This document shows, one piece after another, positions 42,175-52,069 of a DNA stretch of 64,000 bases (positions within the stretch are counted from its first letter, which is position 1; each line of letters starts with the position of its first letter). The position numbers were made by a program, and so were the translations under genes. The stretch is from positions 1 through 64,000 of the IMG/VR virus record IMGVR_UViG_2609460060_000003; one strand, 5' to 3'. The notes beneath the pieces are model-generated. The model had not been told where the DNA came from. It saw only the letters and a program-made list of their open reading frames with translations, and ran no database searches. The DNA is from a virus (Duplodnaviria; Heunggongvirae; Uroviricota; Caudoviricetes).

Positions 42175-42440
42175 GCAAATGTTGACTATGCGCGAAAGTT
42201 AATGTGAATAGTTGACTATGCGCGATGTGACTACAGTCAAAAGTTGACTGTAGTCGATTTAACTCCACCAAAAATCGACTATGTAAGATATTGTCGGGAG
42301 AAACGTTGACTATACGCGATGAAATGACCCTAAAAGCCATCTCAATAGCAGCTTGCAGAATATTGACGCCAGCAAAAATCCACCAGCGTCAACGAATGTC
42401 GCCTATAGTCAACTTCTCGCTATCGCATATAGTCAATATT
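42175..42440. repeat. incA-type iteron array (RepA binding sites, copy-number control)
   Basis: About nine copies of GTTGACTATGCGCG-like cores in both orientations. Confidence 0.65.
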
Positions 42441-43323
42441 ATGGATTGCGCTTATGGATCTGGAAGCCGATTTTCCTGCCGTTTTTTATCTCTGAAAATT
42501 TAAGATATTCAATAGCTTCCAAATCTTTCATGGCTTTTCTGATAACGCTATTTTGCACGCTAACGGATGATTTGAGATTAAGCCTCGCTCTAAGGCGCTC
42601 AATGCTGACAGGTGCCGGGTTGGCGGGTAGAGCCTCAAAGAATGTATACAGTACCTTGGCCGTCTCTTTGCGCCCTAGTTTATCCAGCATCTTCAGCTTC
42701 AGGATTCGCTTATAGTCAACATAGTAAAGTTCAGATAGCTGTTTCTGCGGCTGGATCTCGATAACATCAAGCTCGGTATTCAGGCTGCTATATGCCAACA
42801 AGTTGACGTTAATGTTATTGAGATGACCTTTTGCCGCCGGGAAGCGGAATTTGACAACTGTCTGCTGAATGCGTGTCAGAGAGTCATCAATACTTTTACG
42901 GAACGCCTTTGAAAGGCGCTTACGTGGATAGCCGCATCGATCGGCAAACTCGGAGAATGGCAGGGTGATTATGCCGTCATCATCAGGTGCGTAGTCAAAC
43001 AACGCGGAGGTTATGCCCACCCACACCTTAAAATCAGTATCCATATCCAGGCGTGGACCATGAATTTCAATTCCCTCATAGCCTTCCTGCTCAACAATTT
43101 TGAGGCTTGATAGTTCTTCAGTTGCGTTCGTTGTGTTTGTTGTAACTGACGATCCGCGACGTAGCGCCACATTGGTAGATTTTAAGGTTGGCACAAACAC
43201 ACCTAAGCGCAACAAAGCGATGGGTTGTATAGTGCTGTTGTTATTGGGCTTCAGGCTGTGGATTTCTCCTGTATTTCCTGCAACTTCTTCAACGCTAAGG
43301 AAGCCTTTACTTTCTTCCGGCAT
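42439..43323 (-). CDS. repA: Plasmid replication initiator RepA
   Basis: ATG 43323 with GGAG RBS (the track ORF starts at an upstream TTG, 43359); flanked by iteron arrays on both sides. Confidence 0.8.
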   Translation of the reverse strand: MPEESKGFLSVEEVAGNTGEIHSLKPNNNSTIQPIALLRLGVFVPTLKSTNVALRRGSSVTTNTTNATEELSSLKIVEQEGYEGIEIHGPRLDMDTDFKVWVGITSALFDYAPDDDGIITLPFSEFADRCGYPRKRLSKAFRKSIDDSLTRIQQTVVKFRFPAAKGHLNNINVNLLAYSSLNTELDVIEIQPQKQLSELYYVDYKRILKLKMLDKLGRKETAKVLYTFFEALPANPAPVSIERLRARLNLKSSVSVQNSVIRKAMKDLEAIEYLKFSEIKNGRKIGFQIHKRNP

Positions 43324-43359
43324 CACGGTTTCTCCATGTGTGGCGCGGCCTGACGTCAA

Positions 43360-43620
43360 TTTGGATGGCTGTTATCAACAGCTGTGAATATTCAGACTCT
43401 AAAATCGCTTACAGTCAATGTTTCTGTCGCGTATAGTCAACAATAAATCGCGTGCAGTCAACAATAAATCGTGCACAGTCAACATAAAATCGCGTATAGT
43501 CAATGTTGATCCCATTTCAGGCCAGTAATGACGCGGCTTACAGCGATCCGGGATCTTCTTTGGATCTTCCTAGGTTCTCTTTAGGATCTGTTTATTGGAT
43601 CTATGCTGTGGATAAGTTGA
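43360..43620. other. Plasmid replication origin (oriR): DnaA box-like sites, five incC iterons, GATC cluster
   Basis: TTATCAACA near 43386; five AGTCAA-core iterons at ~21-bp period (43402-43505); five GATC within 43545-43601; perfect DnaA box TGTGGATAA at 43608-43616. Confidence 0.7.
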
Positions 43621-43658
43621 ATAAACCGGCCAACAAAGCCGGTTGGAAGGAAGTCATA

Positions 43659-44051
43659 TTATTCTACGCTTTCGATAAGAAGACCATGTTCATAACATTT
43701 AAGCTCATCGCCTTCATACAGGAATTGGTATCCAACACCACCATCTTCATGGACATTAGGGAATAACTCATAACTCACTGAAGAGCAAATCACACCAATG
43801 CAGCGATCAACTCCTTCTCGTTCTTCAGTGCTGAAAAAATCCTCTTCGGTAAGAACATGAGTACATTGCTCATCAGCATAGGTCGGAAATACATGCTCAA
43901 TGCAATCCGGGTGTTTTAAACCAAGCTGATCGGCAAGCTCGAAAGCACGACGGTATTGTTCAGATCCTGGCTTGCCAACAGTGATTTGCTCAATTTTGTA
44001 GATTGAAGTCGCTTTGTTGATAGTTTGCTTTACTGTTACTTTATCAGACAT
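43659..44051 (-). CDS. Hypothetical protein
   Basis: 130 aa ORF adjacent to the origin. Confidence 0.35.
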   Translation of the reverse strand: MSDKVTVKQTINKATSIYKIEQITVGKPGSEQYRRAFELADQLGLKHPDCIEHVFPTYADEQCTHVLTEEDFFSTEEREGVDRCIGVICSSVSYELFPNVHEDGGVGYQFLYEGDELKCYEHGLLIESVE

Positions 44052-44062
44052 AAAAATCCCTT

Positions 44063-44314
44063 TTAGTTACCGCTAATAGCTCGGTTGTAATCATTAACGT
44101 TGCGATTCTTCCTGTTAATCCCCATCAGCATCGTTTCTGTATCGAGGATATACGCTGGCAGATCATCAAAATATTCACTGCTAAACTCTGGCATCCTGCA
44201 CATAAATGCACTTTTGGGGGCAGGGTGGTTAACCTTTGTCGGCGTCGGCGTTAAATTCGCTGATCGACTCCCGGAGCAACCGCTGAGTGTCAGCAGGAAT
44301 ACGCTGGCGAACAT
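44063..44314 (-). CDS. Outer-membrane lipoprotein, o-spanin (Rz1-like) candidate
   Basis: Internal start MFASVFLLTLSGC (lipobox), Pro-rich mature region; begins inside the upstream i-spanin-like gene in another frame and extends past it. Confidence 0.45.
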   Translation of the reverse strand: MFASVFLLTLSGCSGSRSANLTPTPTKVNHPAPKSAFMCRMPEFSSEYFDDLPAYILDTETMLMGINRKNRNVNDYNRAISGN

Positions 44315-44678
44315 TACCCGCCGCAACCAGTTGTTTCTGAACTTCAGCTTTTCGTTCCATTTGCCTGTCAGCATACTTGGCTTGTTCTGATTCATTTTTC
44401 ACTTCCTGGCTGTGAAAATGTTGCTCTGCTTTGTTCATCGTCTCAATGGTCTGGTTAAGATCCATTATTGACTTATCACGTTCCTTAACAGCCTGATCAA
44501 GACTGCCAATTTTCTCCATGGCTTGCTTTAGCTGATGACGTTCCCATGCAAACCCAGCACCAACAAGTGCGCAAATCAGAACAAGAACACCAGTAGCAGC
44601 AAGTTTCTCCTTCAAAGACAAAGCTGTTTTTAACGTAGAAAAGAATGACATGTCTTCCTCCTGAAGAAAAATTATCAA
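44229..44678 (-). CDS. i-spanin (Rz-like) candidate
   Basis: N-terminal TM helix (ATGVLVLICALVGAGFAW) followed by a charged coiled coil; overlapped by the lipoprotein gene. Confidence 0.45.
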   Translation of the reverse strand: MIIFLQEEDMSFFSTLKTALSLKEKLAATGVLVLICALVGAGFAWERHQLKQAMEKIGSLDQAVKERDKSIMDLNQTIETMNKAEQHFHSQEVKNESEQAKYADRQMERKAEVQKQLVAAGNVRQRIPADTQRLLRESISEFNADADKG

Positions 44679-44690
44679 TGAAGTCCTTTG

Positions 44691-45536
44691 TTACTGTGCC
44701 GCTTTGTTTAATTCATCAAGAACAGAATCAGGAACCAAAGCGGCGACTGCGCTGGATGTGCTGGTCTTATTTGCTGATGCTTCCGCAAGCGCGGTACCGA
44801 TAGCATGGTTATAAGCAGTTATGGCTACGTTGGCGCTTTCCTTCGCTCGTTCATACTGCTGTTGTAACGCAGTTGTGGGCGCTGTTGTCTGGTTGAAAAC
44901 AACCCCAAACTGTTCAGTTGCTACTTTCAGAGATTCAATTTGCTCTTCTGTTAGTGCTGGTGGGGGAGTGGCAGTGCCGCCGCCTGAACCAGAGCCTGAC
45001 GAGCTTCCTGAGCCAGTGTTAAGGGTCTGGTTAATCTCCCCCATAGCAGCGACTAAACTTGATGTATTAAGCGCGTTAACAGCGTCCTCAAGCGATTTAG
45101 TAATATTCACATCACCAATGGCAATAGAGATCGGCAGTTCTGAAACTTCTCGCTCATTAGCACGGCAGTAAACATCCCAACCAATATCGAGTTGAAGCAG
45201 CATTGACAGATCTGCATAACCAGCCAACAGGTCCGCGTGCTTAGTTGCCAGTTCTCCAATGTTCGTTAAGCCGGTTGTGGTTGTTCTGATCGTTGAAACA
45301 TAGCTGGTAATAGTGTCGGGATAGACAATTGTATCCAGAATTAATCCGGTCAATTCTTCTGCAAGCAGTTTTGCTGTGTTAGCACTGTTTCGTGCCGATG
45401 TTATGGCACCAGGTGTTTTCATCCCACCGGCGGCGGCCAATTTTTTATATGCGGATAACTGGTAGTCTTTTTCCAGCATGATATCTCCTAACTTACCTGA
45501 ACCAGGCCGTCTCCGGCTGCAACGGTAGAGCCGCAT
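44691..45536 (-). CDS. Hypothetical protein with Gly/Ser-rich linker
   Basis: 281 aa; GSGSSSGSGSGGG linker. Confidence 0.35.
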   Translation of the reverse strand: MRLYRCSRRRPGSGKLGDIMLEKDYQLSAYKKLAAAGGMKTPGAITSARNSANTAKLLAEELTGLILDTIVYPDTITSYVSTIRTTTTGLTNIGELATKHADLLAGYADLSMLLQLDIGWDVYCRANEREVSELPISIAIGDVNITKSLEDAVNALNTSSLVAAMGEINQTLNTGSGSSSGSGSGGGTATPPPALTEEQIESLKVATEQFGVVFNQTTAPTTALQQQYERAKESANVAITAYNHAIGTALAEASANKTSTSSAVAALVPDSVLDELNKAAQ

Positions 45537-45772
45537 GAAACAGGATCACCAACGCATACGATCCCTTTCCCGTTGACGGTAAACCATGCCCTGGTTGATA
45601 TAGCTTGCCCGCCGTGCGTGCTGTTCCCATCGGTATGCTGTGCATATTGCTTACCATCAACTAACACTTCGACTCCGTTGACTTTAAGTAGTGGTTCACT
45701 CTCTACAGGAGGCCTGGATGGGAATCCTCCGTGCCCCGAACAAATGCTGTCTTTTGTTGCAATATTTGCCAC
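45488..45772 (-). CDS. PAAR-motif protein (spike tip)
   Basis: 94 aa with CSGHGG and GDPVSCG motifs typical of PAAR domains. Confidence 0.55.
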   Translation of the reverse strand: MANIATKDSICSGHGGFPSRPPVESEPLLKVNGVEVLVDGKQYAQHTDGNSTHGGQAISTRAWFTVNGKGIVCVGDPVSCGSTVAAGDGLVQVS

Positions 45773-45853
45773 GTTATCACCAATGATTTGCTCTGATTTT
45801 TATTATTTTAACTTAGGTTGTTTGTGGTCTACATGGCGTTTACTTATTACAAA

Positions 45854-45870
45854 ATTGCTCTAATAAATAT
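45854..45870. promoter_or_regulatory. C1 operator-like site upstream of the hrdC-dmt operon
   Basis: ATTGCTCTAATAAATAT, 16/17 match. Confidence 0.55.
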
Positions 45871-45941
45871 TGTTTTTTATGTCGTGTTTTCGGTACCATT
45901 CAGCCATCGCCCTTCAATGGGCATTTGTTTGGAGTCGTCAG

Positions 45942-46226
45942 ATGCAGATGGAGCTAATAAGCCGCAAGGAGTTCGATAGCCGTGTAACCAGCGGTGAACT
46001 CGACAACTTGCAGGCTATCAAGGTGAAAGAAGGCTTTTGCCTCATTGGGAATCAGAGCGGAACAAATCGCGTTTTTATGCTTCGCCGTACGGATTTGAAG
46101 CCATTTGTCTGGAAGAACGAAATTGGTCCCAGCTCATACGCTCAAACGAGGGGGTGCCACAACCTGGCCTTTTTCTACAAAGACGAGCTTTCTGTGGTTG
46201 ATATTCAAGGGTTACAACATGTTTAA
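45942..46226 (+). CDS. Hypothetical protein, first gene of the operator-controlled operon
   Basis: Internal ATG 45942 chosen; stop overlaps the hrdC start. Confidence 0.4.
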   Translation: MQMELISRKEFDSRVTSGELDNLQAIKVKEGFCLIGNQSGTNRVFMLRRTDLKPFVWKNEIGPSSYAQTRGCHNLAFFYKDELSVVDIQGLQHV

Positions 46227-47124
46227 GCACTGGAAAAACATTACTATTTATAAACTTTCTCGTGAGGCGGATCTGACCGACTTAGAAGATAAAAAGAAAA
46301 TGATCCTTTTCACGCCATGCGGTAGTCAGGATATGGCCAAGTTCGGTTTTGTATCGCCATTTGGTGATAATTCCGAAGTTATCGCTATGCATGGAAATGG
46401 TTTTATCCTTGTTGAAGCAAAGCGCGAAACAAAAATTCTTCCCCCGCCGGTTATCCAGCGAGCTATTCAAGAAAAAATTGAAAAACTTGAGCAAGAACAA
46501 GCGCGTAAACTGAAGAAAACAGAGAAGGACTCCCTGAAAGACGAAGTTCTACATTCTCTTCTGCCACGGGCTTTTTCAAAGTTTTCTGTTATCCAGGCGA
46601 TCTACGACGGTTCAACTAAACGTATCTATATCAATGCCAGCGCGCGGCAGGCAGAGGATATGCTCGCGCTTATGCGTAAGTCTCTGGGGTCTCTTCCTGT
46701 TGTTCCCCTGAGTGTTGAAAATCCCATTGAATTAACGCTGACCGACTGGGTACGTGATGGTAGTGCTCCACAGGGATTTCAAATGGGGGATGCGGCAGAA
46801 CTTAAGGCAGTGCTTGAGGATGGCGGTATTGCCCGAGTGAAAAAGCAGGATTTGGGAAGCGATGAAATTTCCACACACTTGGAAGCAGGCAAGCTCGTCA
46901 CTAAGTTGGCACTCGACTGGCAGAACCGCATTAAATTTACACTGGACCATAACTTCAGCCTTACCAGCGTCAAATTTGCGGATGAATTGCTTGAGCAGAA
47001 CTCTGATATTGATAGTGAAGATGTTGCGCAGCGACTGGACGCAGATTTCTTCCTGTTGACCAGTGAAATTTCGTGCCTGGTTGATGCTCTGGTAAATGCC
47101 CTTGGTGGAGAGGCTAAGCAGTGA
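46219..47124 (+). CDS. hrdC: RdgC-family recombination-associated protein homologue
   Basis: Strong similarity to E. coli RdgC as recalled ([54 protein letters not shown]); ATG 46219. Confidence 0.85.
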   Translation: MFKHWKNITIYKLSREADLTDLEDKKKMILFTPCGSQDMAKFGFVSPFGDNSEVIAMHGNGFILVEAKRETKILPPPVIQRAIQEKIEKLEQEQARKLKKTEKDSLKDEVLHSLLPRAFSKFSVIQAIYDGSTKRIYINASARQAEDMLALMRKSLGSLPVVPLSVENPIELTLTDWVRDGSAPQGFQMGDAAELKAVLEDGGIARVKKQDLGSDEISTHLEAGKLVTKLALDWQNRIKFTLDHNFSLTSVKFADELLEQNSDIDSEDVAQRLDADFFLLTSEISCLVDALVNALGGEAKQ

Positions 47125-49709
47125 AAGAGCTGTGCTATGGATCTGTTTGCAGTGGAATTGAAGCCGCGAGTATTGCCTGGGAACCGTTGGGTATGCGTCC
47201 GGCGTGGTTTGCTGAAATCGAGCCTTTTCCATCTGCCGTTCTTGCGCACCGCTGGCCCCATGTCGCCAACCTTGGCGACATGACAAAACTTGCCAAAAAA
47301 GTCCTGGCTGGGGAAATCGAATCCCCTGATGTGCTCGTCGGGGGAACACCTTGTCAGGCATTCAGTATCGCTGGATTACGTGGTGGGCTTGATGATGAGC
47401 GTGGCGCGCTAACTTTAAAGTATGTGGAGCTTGCAAATGCAATTGACGACAAACGGGCTGAGTCATTTCTCAAACCAGCCGTTATCGTCTGGGAAAATGT
47501 CCCAGGAGTCTTGTCATCGGCAGATAACGCCTTCGGATGTTTCCTTGCCGGATTGGCTGGAGAAGATGCGCCATTTGAACCAGGTGATCGACCTGAATCA
47601 GGAAAAAGTAACGCGTTCTGGCGGTGGGATGGCAAAACCGGTTGCCATGCTCCAAAGTGGCCGCAGTGTGGTTGTATTTATGGACCGCAGCGAAAGGTGG
47701 CCTGGAGAATCCTTGATGCCCAATACTTCGGAGTGGCACAACGACGCCGACGCGTGTTTGTTGTCGCAAGTGCTCGAACAGACCTCGATCCCGCAACGGT
47801 ACTTTTTGAGTTCGAAGGCGTGCGCCGGGATATTGCGCCGAGCAGAGGCGAGGGGAAGGAAGTTGCCGGAAATGTTGGAAATGGCATTAAAAGCGGGAGC
47901 CATTGGGATAACCCTGTAAATCCGCACCCGACACTTAACCAGTCACACAATACTGGCGGGATCGGCGCAAGTAACCAGGAGATTTTTGCGCAGCGCGGAA
48001 GTGGGCTTGTTGGTGCTTATCGAATGGTTGCATTTGGCGAATATGCTGATGATGAGACTGCTTCTACTGTCAAGGCCAGAGATTTTAAAGATGCAACCGA
48101 TTTAGCAGTTTTCAGTAGTACTGGTGCTGGTATTTGGCGTGAAGGTGCAGGCACTCTTCGTGCCAGATCACAAGAAAGTCACGAACATCTGGCAGTGATG
48201 GCTATTCATGGAACACAAGATCCTGATGTTAATTGTGAATTGGCACATACTATTGGTCGTAACCATGGTCAAGAAAATGCAGTCGTAGCTTTTTCCTGCA
48301 AAGATTATGGACAAGATGTTTCTATTGAATGTTCTCCGACTTTACGATCTGGTAATGCTGTTAATAGCAATCCAAATGCAGGATGCCCACCAGCTGTTGC
48401 GTATTCGCTACAACATGCACAAATTGGGCGAAAAGATGATGCTGGACCGCAGGGTAAAGGGTGGCAAAAAGAGATAAGTTTTACTCTTGATTCCCGCGCT
48501 ACAGCTGACGCCGTTGCGTTATCTTTTGGGGGGCAGAAAAGTATTGAAAAAGGCAATTTAGGTGAGAATGGTTACTTACCTCATATGATGAGTGTTCGCC
48601 GTCTTACCCCTGTTGAATGTGAAAGGCTGCAAGGTTTTCCTGATGGGCATACGTTGATCCCTACGGAAAAGCGTAAAAAAGTTTCTTCAGATGAACTGGC
48701 ATACCTTCGCAATAACTATCCTGATTTAAGTGAAGAAGAGGCCGCGATGCTTGCAGCTGACGGACCGCGTTACAAAGCGATCGGCAATAGTATGGCGATA
48801 CCAGTAATGCGCTGGATTGGCGATCGGATTGCCAAGGCTGCATGTCGGCAGAAGGAAGGGAGTGAAACAAAAGAGCGAAAAGTTAAACCAGCGGCAGAAT
48901 TCGAACGGTCCATATTCAAATGGGCTGGTGGAAAATTTGGTGTTCTGGAACAAATCTTTCGCTATTTGCCAGAAGGGAAGCGCCTGATTGAACCTTTCGT
49001 TGGTGGCGGAGCTGTCTTCATGAATGCCGGATACCAGGAAAATCTGCTAAATGATGTGAATGCTGACCTGATTAACTTTTACAAGACTTTGCAACGTGAG
49101 GAACGTTCACTTATCACTCTGGCGCATCGGTTTTTCCAGGACTACAACACACAGGAAGGATACCTGGCAGTACGGAGTGCGTTTAACAAACAAGTCTATG
49201 ATGATTTACATCGCGCAGCGGCGTTTTTGTTCCTGAACCGACATTGTTTTAACGGATTGACGCGTTACAACCAGGCCGGTGAGTTCAATGTCGGTTATGG
49301 GAAGTATAAAACTCCGTATTTCCCATTACAGGAGATGGAAGCCTTCCTCGGTGCGGAAGGGCGGTCTGAGTTTGTATGCGGTGATTTTGCAGCGGTGATT
49401 GAAGCTGCCGGAGAAGGTGATGTCATCTTTTGCGATCCGCCGTATGAACCGCTTCCAAATACAGAGGGATTCACGAACTATTCCGGTCATGACTTTAAGT
49501 TTGAAGAGCAAAAACGCCTGGTGTCTCTGTTGACGGATGCTCATCGTCGAGGTGCAAAGGTTCTCATTACTAACAGTGGCGCGCCAAACATCAGAGAGCT
49601 TTATCATGACAGTGGCTTCAGAGTGGAACATCTTTTTGCCAGACGTTCTGTGTCTTGTAAGGGGGACACTCGAGGTGTAGCTCATGACGTTTTGGGTATA
49701 TTGCTCTAA
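47121..49709 (+). CDS. dmt: Bifunctional DNA methyltransferase (C5-cytosine MTase-like N-terminal domain with PCQ motif; Dam-like N6-adenine MTase C-terminal domain with DPPY motif)
   Basis: [12 protein letters not shown] (m5C motif IV) in the N-terminal part; WAGGKFGVL...DPPYEPL in the C-terminal part. Confidence 0.85.
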   Translation: MKELCYGSVCSGIEAASIAWEPLGMRPAWFAEIEPFPSAVLAHRWPHVANLGDMTKLAKKVLAGEIESPDVLVGGTPCQAFSIAGLRGGLDDERGALTLKYVELANAIDDKRAESFLKPAVIVWENVPGVLSSADNAFGCFLAGLAGEDAPFEPGDRPESGKSNAFWRWDGKTGCHAPKWPQCGCIYGPQRKVAWRILDAQYFGVAQRRRRVFVVASARTDLDPATVLFEFEGVRRDIAPSRGEGKEVAGNVGNGIKSGSHWDNPVNPHPTLNQSHNTGGIGASNQEIFAQRGSGLVGAYRMVAFGEYADDETASTVKARDFKDATDLAVFSSTGAGIWREGAGTLRARSQESHEHLAVMAIHGTQDPDVNCELAHTIGRNHGQENAVVAFSCKDYGQDVSIECSPTLRSGNAVNSNPNAGCPPAVAYSLQHAQIGRKDDAGPQGKGWQKEISFTLDSRATADAVALSFGGQKSIEKGNLGENGYLPHMMSVRRLTPVECERLQGFPDGHTLIPTEKRKKVSSDELAYLRNNYPDLSEEEAAMLAADGPRYKAIGNSMAIPVMRWIGDRIAKAACRQKEGSETKERKVKPAAEFERSIFKWAGGKFGVLEQIFRYLPEGKRLIEPFVGGGAVFMNAGYQENLLNDVNADLINFYKTLQREERSLITLAHRFFQDYNTQEGYLAVRSAFNKQVYDDLHRAAAFLFLNRHCFNGLTRYNQAGEFNVGYGKYKTPYFPLQEMEAFLGAEGRSEFVCGDFAAVIEAAGEGDVIFCDPPYEPLPNTEGFTNYSGHDFKFEEQKRLVSLLTDAHRRGAKVLITNSGAPNIRELYHDSGFRVEHLFARRSVSCKGDTRGVAHDVLGILL

Positions 49710-49729
49710 TAAATTTATTAGTGTAATAT
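49700..49729 (+). promoter_or_regulatory. Perfect C1 operator overlapping a promoter (TTGCTC-N17-TAATAT)
   Basis: ATTGCTCTAATAAATTT exact consensus at 49700-49716, overlapping the dmt stop. Confidence 0.6.
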
Positions 49730-49890
49730 CGCCTCAATGAATCGTGATTTATAGAGCGATTTAGCTGTTAGCCGCGACAGGCGCGGCGGTAAGCATGGCT
49801 GGGCCTAGTCCTCCCAGACAAACCACCGAGTTGCCAGGTTGACCATGCGCCTAAGTGGCAACGCCGAAGTGCGTTACGAGCTTCCAGTTT

Positions 49891-49917
49891 GCCCATCTTC
49901 GGGTGGGCGTTTTTTTC
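49891..49917 (+). terminator. Intrinsic terminator about 180 nt downstream of the operator-promoter
   Basis: GCCCATC-TTCG-GGTGGGC followed by TTTTTTT. Confidence 0.65.
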
Positions 49918-50382
49918 AGGGTTTTCGTCATGGTTAGCGACTTTGCGGCGGTTTAGAAACTGACCATTAAAGTAAATGCAAACGATGATCTGATGATGGT
50001 AGCGGCCTAAGAAACCAGATGCCACGGGGTATGAGTCGTCCCCCGTCAAAAAAATCGACCGCAGAGTGTCCCCGTCTGTGTATTAGGGAACGGGGAGGCA
50101 CAACAGGTAAGGGCGCTGGTGTGATTAACCAGATGAACGAGAAGGGGCCATCTGTTGGTCAGCGTCCTTTCCTGTTGCGTTTTCTTTTCAGCGTAACAGC
50201 GGTGCTTAACAGCACTTTGGGTACAGTTCCACGAATTTACGGGTATATCCCGTCATGCTGAAGGCGCTAATCACGCTGGAAGCCAGGGTTGTGCATCCCC
50301 TGTTACCGAATTGCAGCCAGGGCGCGGTGCGCCGAAAAGCATACGGAGGTGGAAGCCCTCGCCGGAGACGTACCCGGCAAGT

Positions 50383-50457
50383 GATGGTGTAGCTCAGCGG
50401 TAGAGCAGTTGGCTGTTAACCAACTGGTCGGTGGTTCGAATCCACCCACCATCGCCA
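50383..50457 (+). tRNA. tRNA-Asn (anticodon GUU)
   Basis: Cloverleaf folded by hand: acceptor GATGGTG/CACCATC, D-arm GCTC-AGCGGTA-GAGC, anticodon loop CTGTTAA, T-arm GGTGG-TTCGAAT-CCACC, encoded CCA. Confidence 0.85.
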
Positions 50458-50462
50458 CTTTA

Positions 50463-50549
50463 GGGGAGTTAGTCCGTAGGGGTAGCGGGGTAGACTGTAA
50501 ATCTACTGTCATTGCGACTCGGGTGGTTCGACTCCATCACTCCCCACCA
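50463..50549 (+). tRNA. tRNA-Tyr (anticodon GUA), class II with long variable arm
   Basis: Perfect 7-bp acceptor stem GGGGAGT/ACTCCCC, anticodon stem-loop GTAGA-CTGTAAA-TCTAC, variable-arm hairpin, T-loop TTCGACT, encoded CCA. Confidence 0.7.
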
Positions 50550-50553
50550 AATT

Positions 50554-50629
50554 GCCGGTTTAGCTCAGTTGGTAGAGCGCCTGCCTTGTAAGCAGGATGT
50601 CAGCGGTTCGAGTCCGTTAACCGGCACCA
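50554..50629 (+). tRNA. tRNA-Thr (anticodon UGU)
   Basis: Acceptor GCCGGTT/AACCGGC, D-arm GCTC-AGTTGGTA-GAGC, anticodon loop CTTGTAA, T-loop TTCGAGT, encoded CCA. Confidence 0.85.
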
Positions 50630-50720
50630 ACACAACAGGTAAGGGTATTTTGCGACGTCGGAGATCGCCGTGCTTGGCAGAGGGTTCGAATCCCTACGAA
50701 GTACCCTTACCGTTGTGATG
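50630..50720 (+). other. tRNA-like / long-hairpin element (non-canonical; contains a T-arm-like GAGGGTTCGAATCCCT)
   Basis: CACAACAGGTAAGGGTA pairs with TACCCTTACCGTTGTG about 55 nt downstream; no canonical cloverleaf could be folded. Confidence 0.3.
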
Positions 50721-51360
50721 AAGTGCAGCTCTTTGAAGCAACCAGAAGATAAGCATCTGGCTTCACAACATAAACCGCAGGAACGACCAATAAACGGTAG
50801 TCCGTATGGAGAACACCCCGTTGAGGAAGAGGCCTGGCCGGAACCGTAACCGGCACTACAACGTTGAGAACACTGGCGTAACGGGGTCATATCCCAATCT
50901 ACGAATAAATGTTGCGTTGCAGCGTGACAACCAGTGTTCTCAACATTGTGGTGAATGCACAGGCTGATGTGCCGCAACTACAGTAGTGCGCGCTTTGCGG
51001 GGCTTGCTACAACCCTGTGTCGGAGTTCAGCACCGACCATCACAGTTTGATTCTCTGGCATGAGCATAACGCTGAAATAAGTCCAGTCTGGTGCGGCCCG
51101 ATCACCCGCCGTTAGCTCCACGAAACGGAGCACGTAACAGGTAAGAGCATTCTCCTGTAACGGGTTCATATCCCAATCTACAGGTCCACCAGGAATGCTC
51201 TTTCCGTTGCGGTGAATGCGGCTAAGCGCACGCGGAACAGTTAAAACAATCCTCCTTAATGGTTAAACATTCCGGCGTTAATTGTTAACTGGTTAACGTC
51301 ACCGGGAGGCACTCGGCACCGCAATCTAATAAATATGTCACTTTTATTGAGGGATAACCA

Positions 51361-51795
51361 ATGTTCGGTAAATTGTTCGGCAAGAAAGTCGCTTCTGCAA
51401 AAGTAGAGCTGAAAAAAGTTGAGAATCGCGATCTGATGGAGGCCATCATCGGTGGCTGTTTGTTGGTGTCTGCCGCTGATGGTGAAATCGAAAAAGAAGA
51501 AACAGCGAAACTTGATCAGCTTGTCCGCTCTAATCCGCGTCTTAGTCATTTTGGTAACGAAATTACTGCAACAATTACCCGCTTTACCGAGCAACTGGAA
51601 GCTGGCTTCCGTGTTGGTCGCATGAATATCCTTCGCGAAATTGAAGATATCAAAAACGATCCAAAAGAAGCGGAAGAAGTATTCGTTAACATGCTGACAA
51701 TTGCAGAAGCGGACGGTGAAATCGAGCCAGCAGAACACAAAGTACTGGAAGAAGTAGGCCGTCGTTTAGGTCTTCGTGTGGAAGATTATCTGTAA
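51361..51795 (+). CDS. tciA: TerB-domain protein (TciA-like)
   Basis: 144 aa with two AADGEIE repeats typical of TerB. Confidence 0.75.
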   Translation: MFGKLFGKKVASAKVELKKVENRDLMEAIIGGCLLVSAADGEIEKEETAKLDQLVRSNPRLSHFGNEITATITRFTEQLEAGFRVGRMNILREIEDIKNDPKEAEEVFVNMLTIAEADGEIEPAEHKVLEEVGRRLGLRVEDYL

Positions 51796-51959
51796 TGGCA
51801 AGCAAGGCACGTATCGCAATCGCCATTGGTTTTCTCTTGCTGTCCGTGCTGGTGGATTTCACCAGCACAATCCTGTCAGTTTTATCGGACGGGGCGTTGG
51901 TGGCAGTAGCTGTAACATTGGTATGGCCGATATTAAAAACAGCTTCTAAGGATCAGTGA
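51795..51959 (+). CDS. Small membrane peptide (TciB-like), translationally coupled
   Basis: 54 aa, ATG overlaps the tciA stop (TAATG); two hydrophobic segments; below the track cutoff. Confidence 0.4.
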   Translation: MASKARIAIAIGFLLLSVLVDFTSTILSVLSDGALVAVAVTLVWPILKTASKDQ

Positions 51960-52066
51960 TGGGCTTCTGGGATTTTGCTGACAAGCATCCAATTGTTCTC
52001 GTTGTCATTGCTGGCATAGTTGTAGGCGGTATTGCTGGCGTCATAGAAGCACTCAGGAAACAGTAA
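51959..52066 (+). CDS. Small membrane peptide (TciC-like), translationally coupled
   Basis: 35 aa, ATG overlaps the upstream stop (TGATG); single TM segment. Confidence 0.35.
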   Translation: MGFWDFADKHPIVLVVIAGIVVGGIAGVIEALRKQ

Positions 52067-52069
52067 TCC

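Noticed and set aside
42175-43510. Direct repeats near repA as a possible CRISPR array
   Set aside because: Repeats are ~19-bp iterons with 2 to 3-bp spacers in mixed orientation flanking a rep gene, with no unique spacers and no cas genes.
50630-50720. A fifth canonical tRNA immediately after tRNA-Thr
   Set aside because: A T-arm-like GGTTCGAATCC is present but no acceptor stem pairs with the sequence 3' of it; the element folds as a long hairpin instead.
49768-51169. ORFs 49768..50049(-), 50019..50261(+), 50600..50977(-), 50978..51169(-) and 51256..51738(-)
   Set aside because: They overlap tRNA genes, hairpin repeats or the antisense strand of tciA, and lack RBS or start context.
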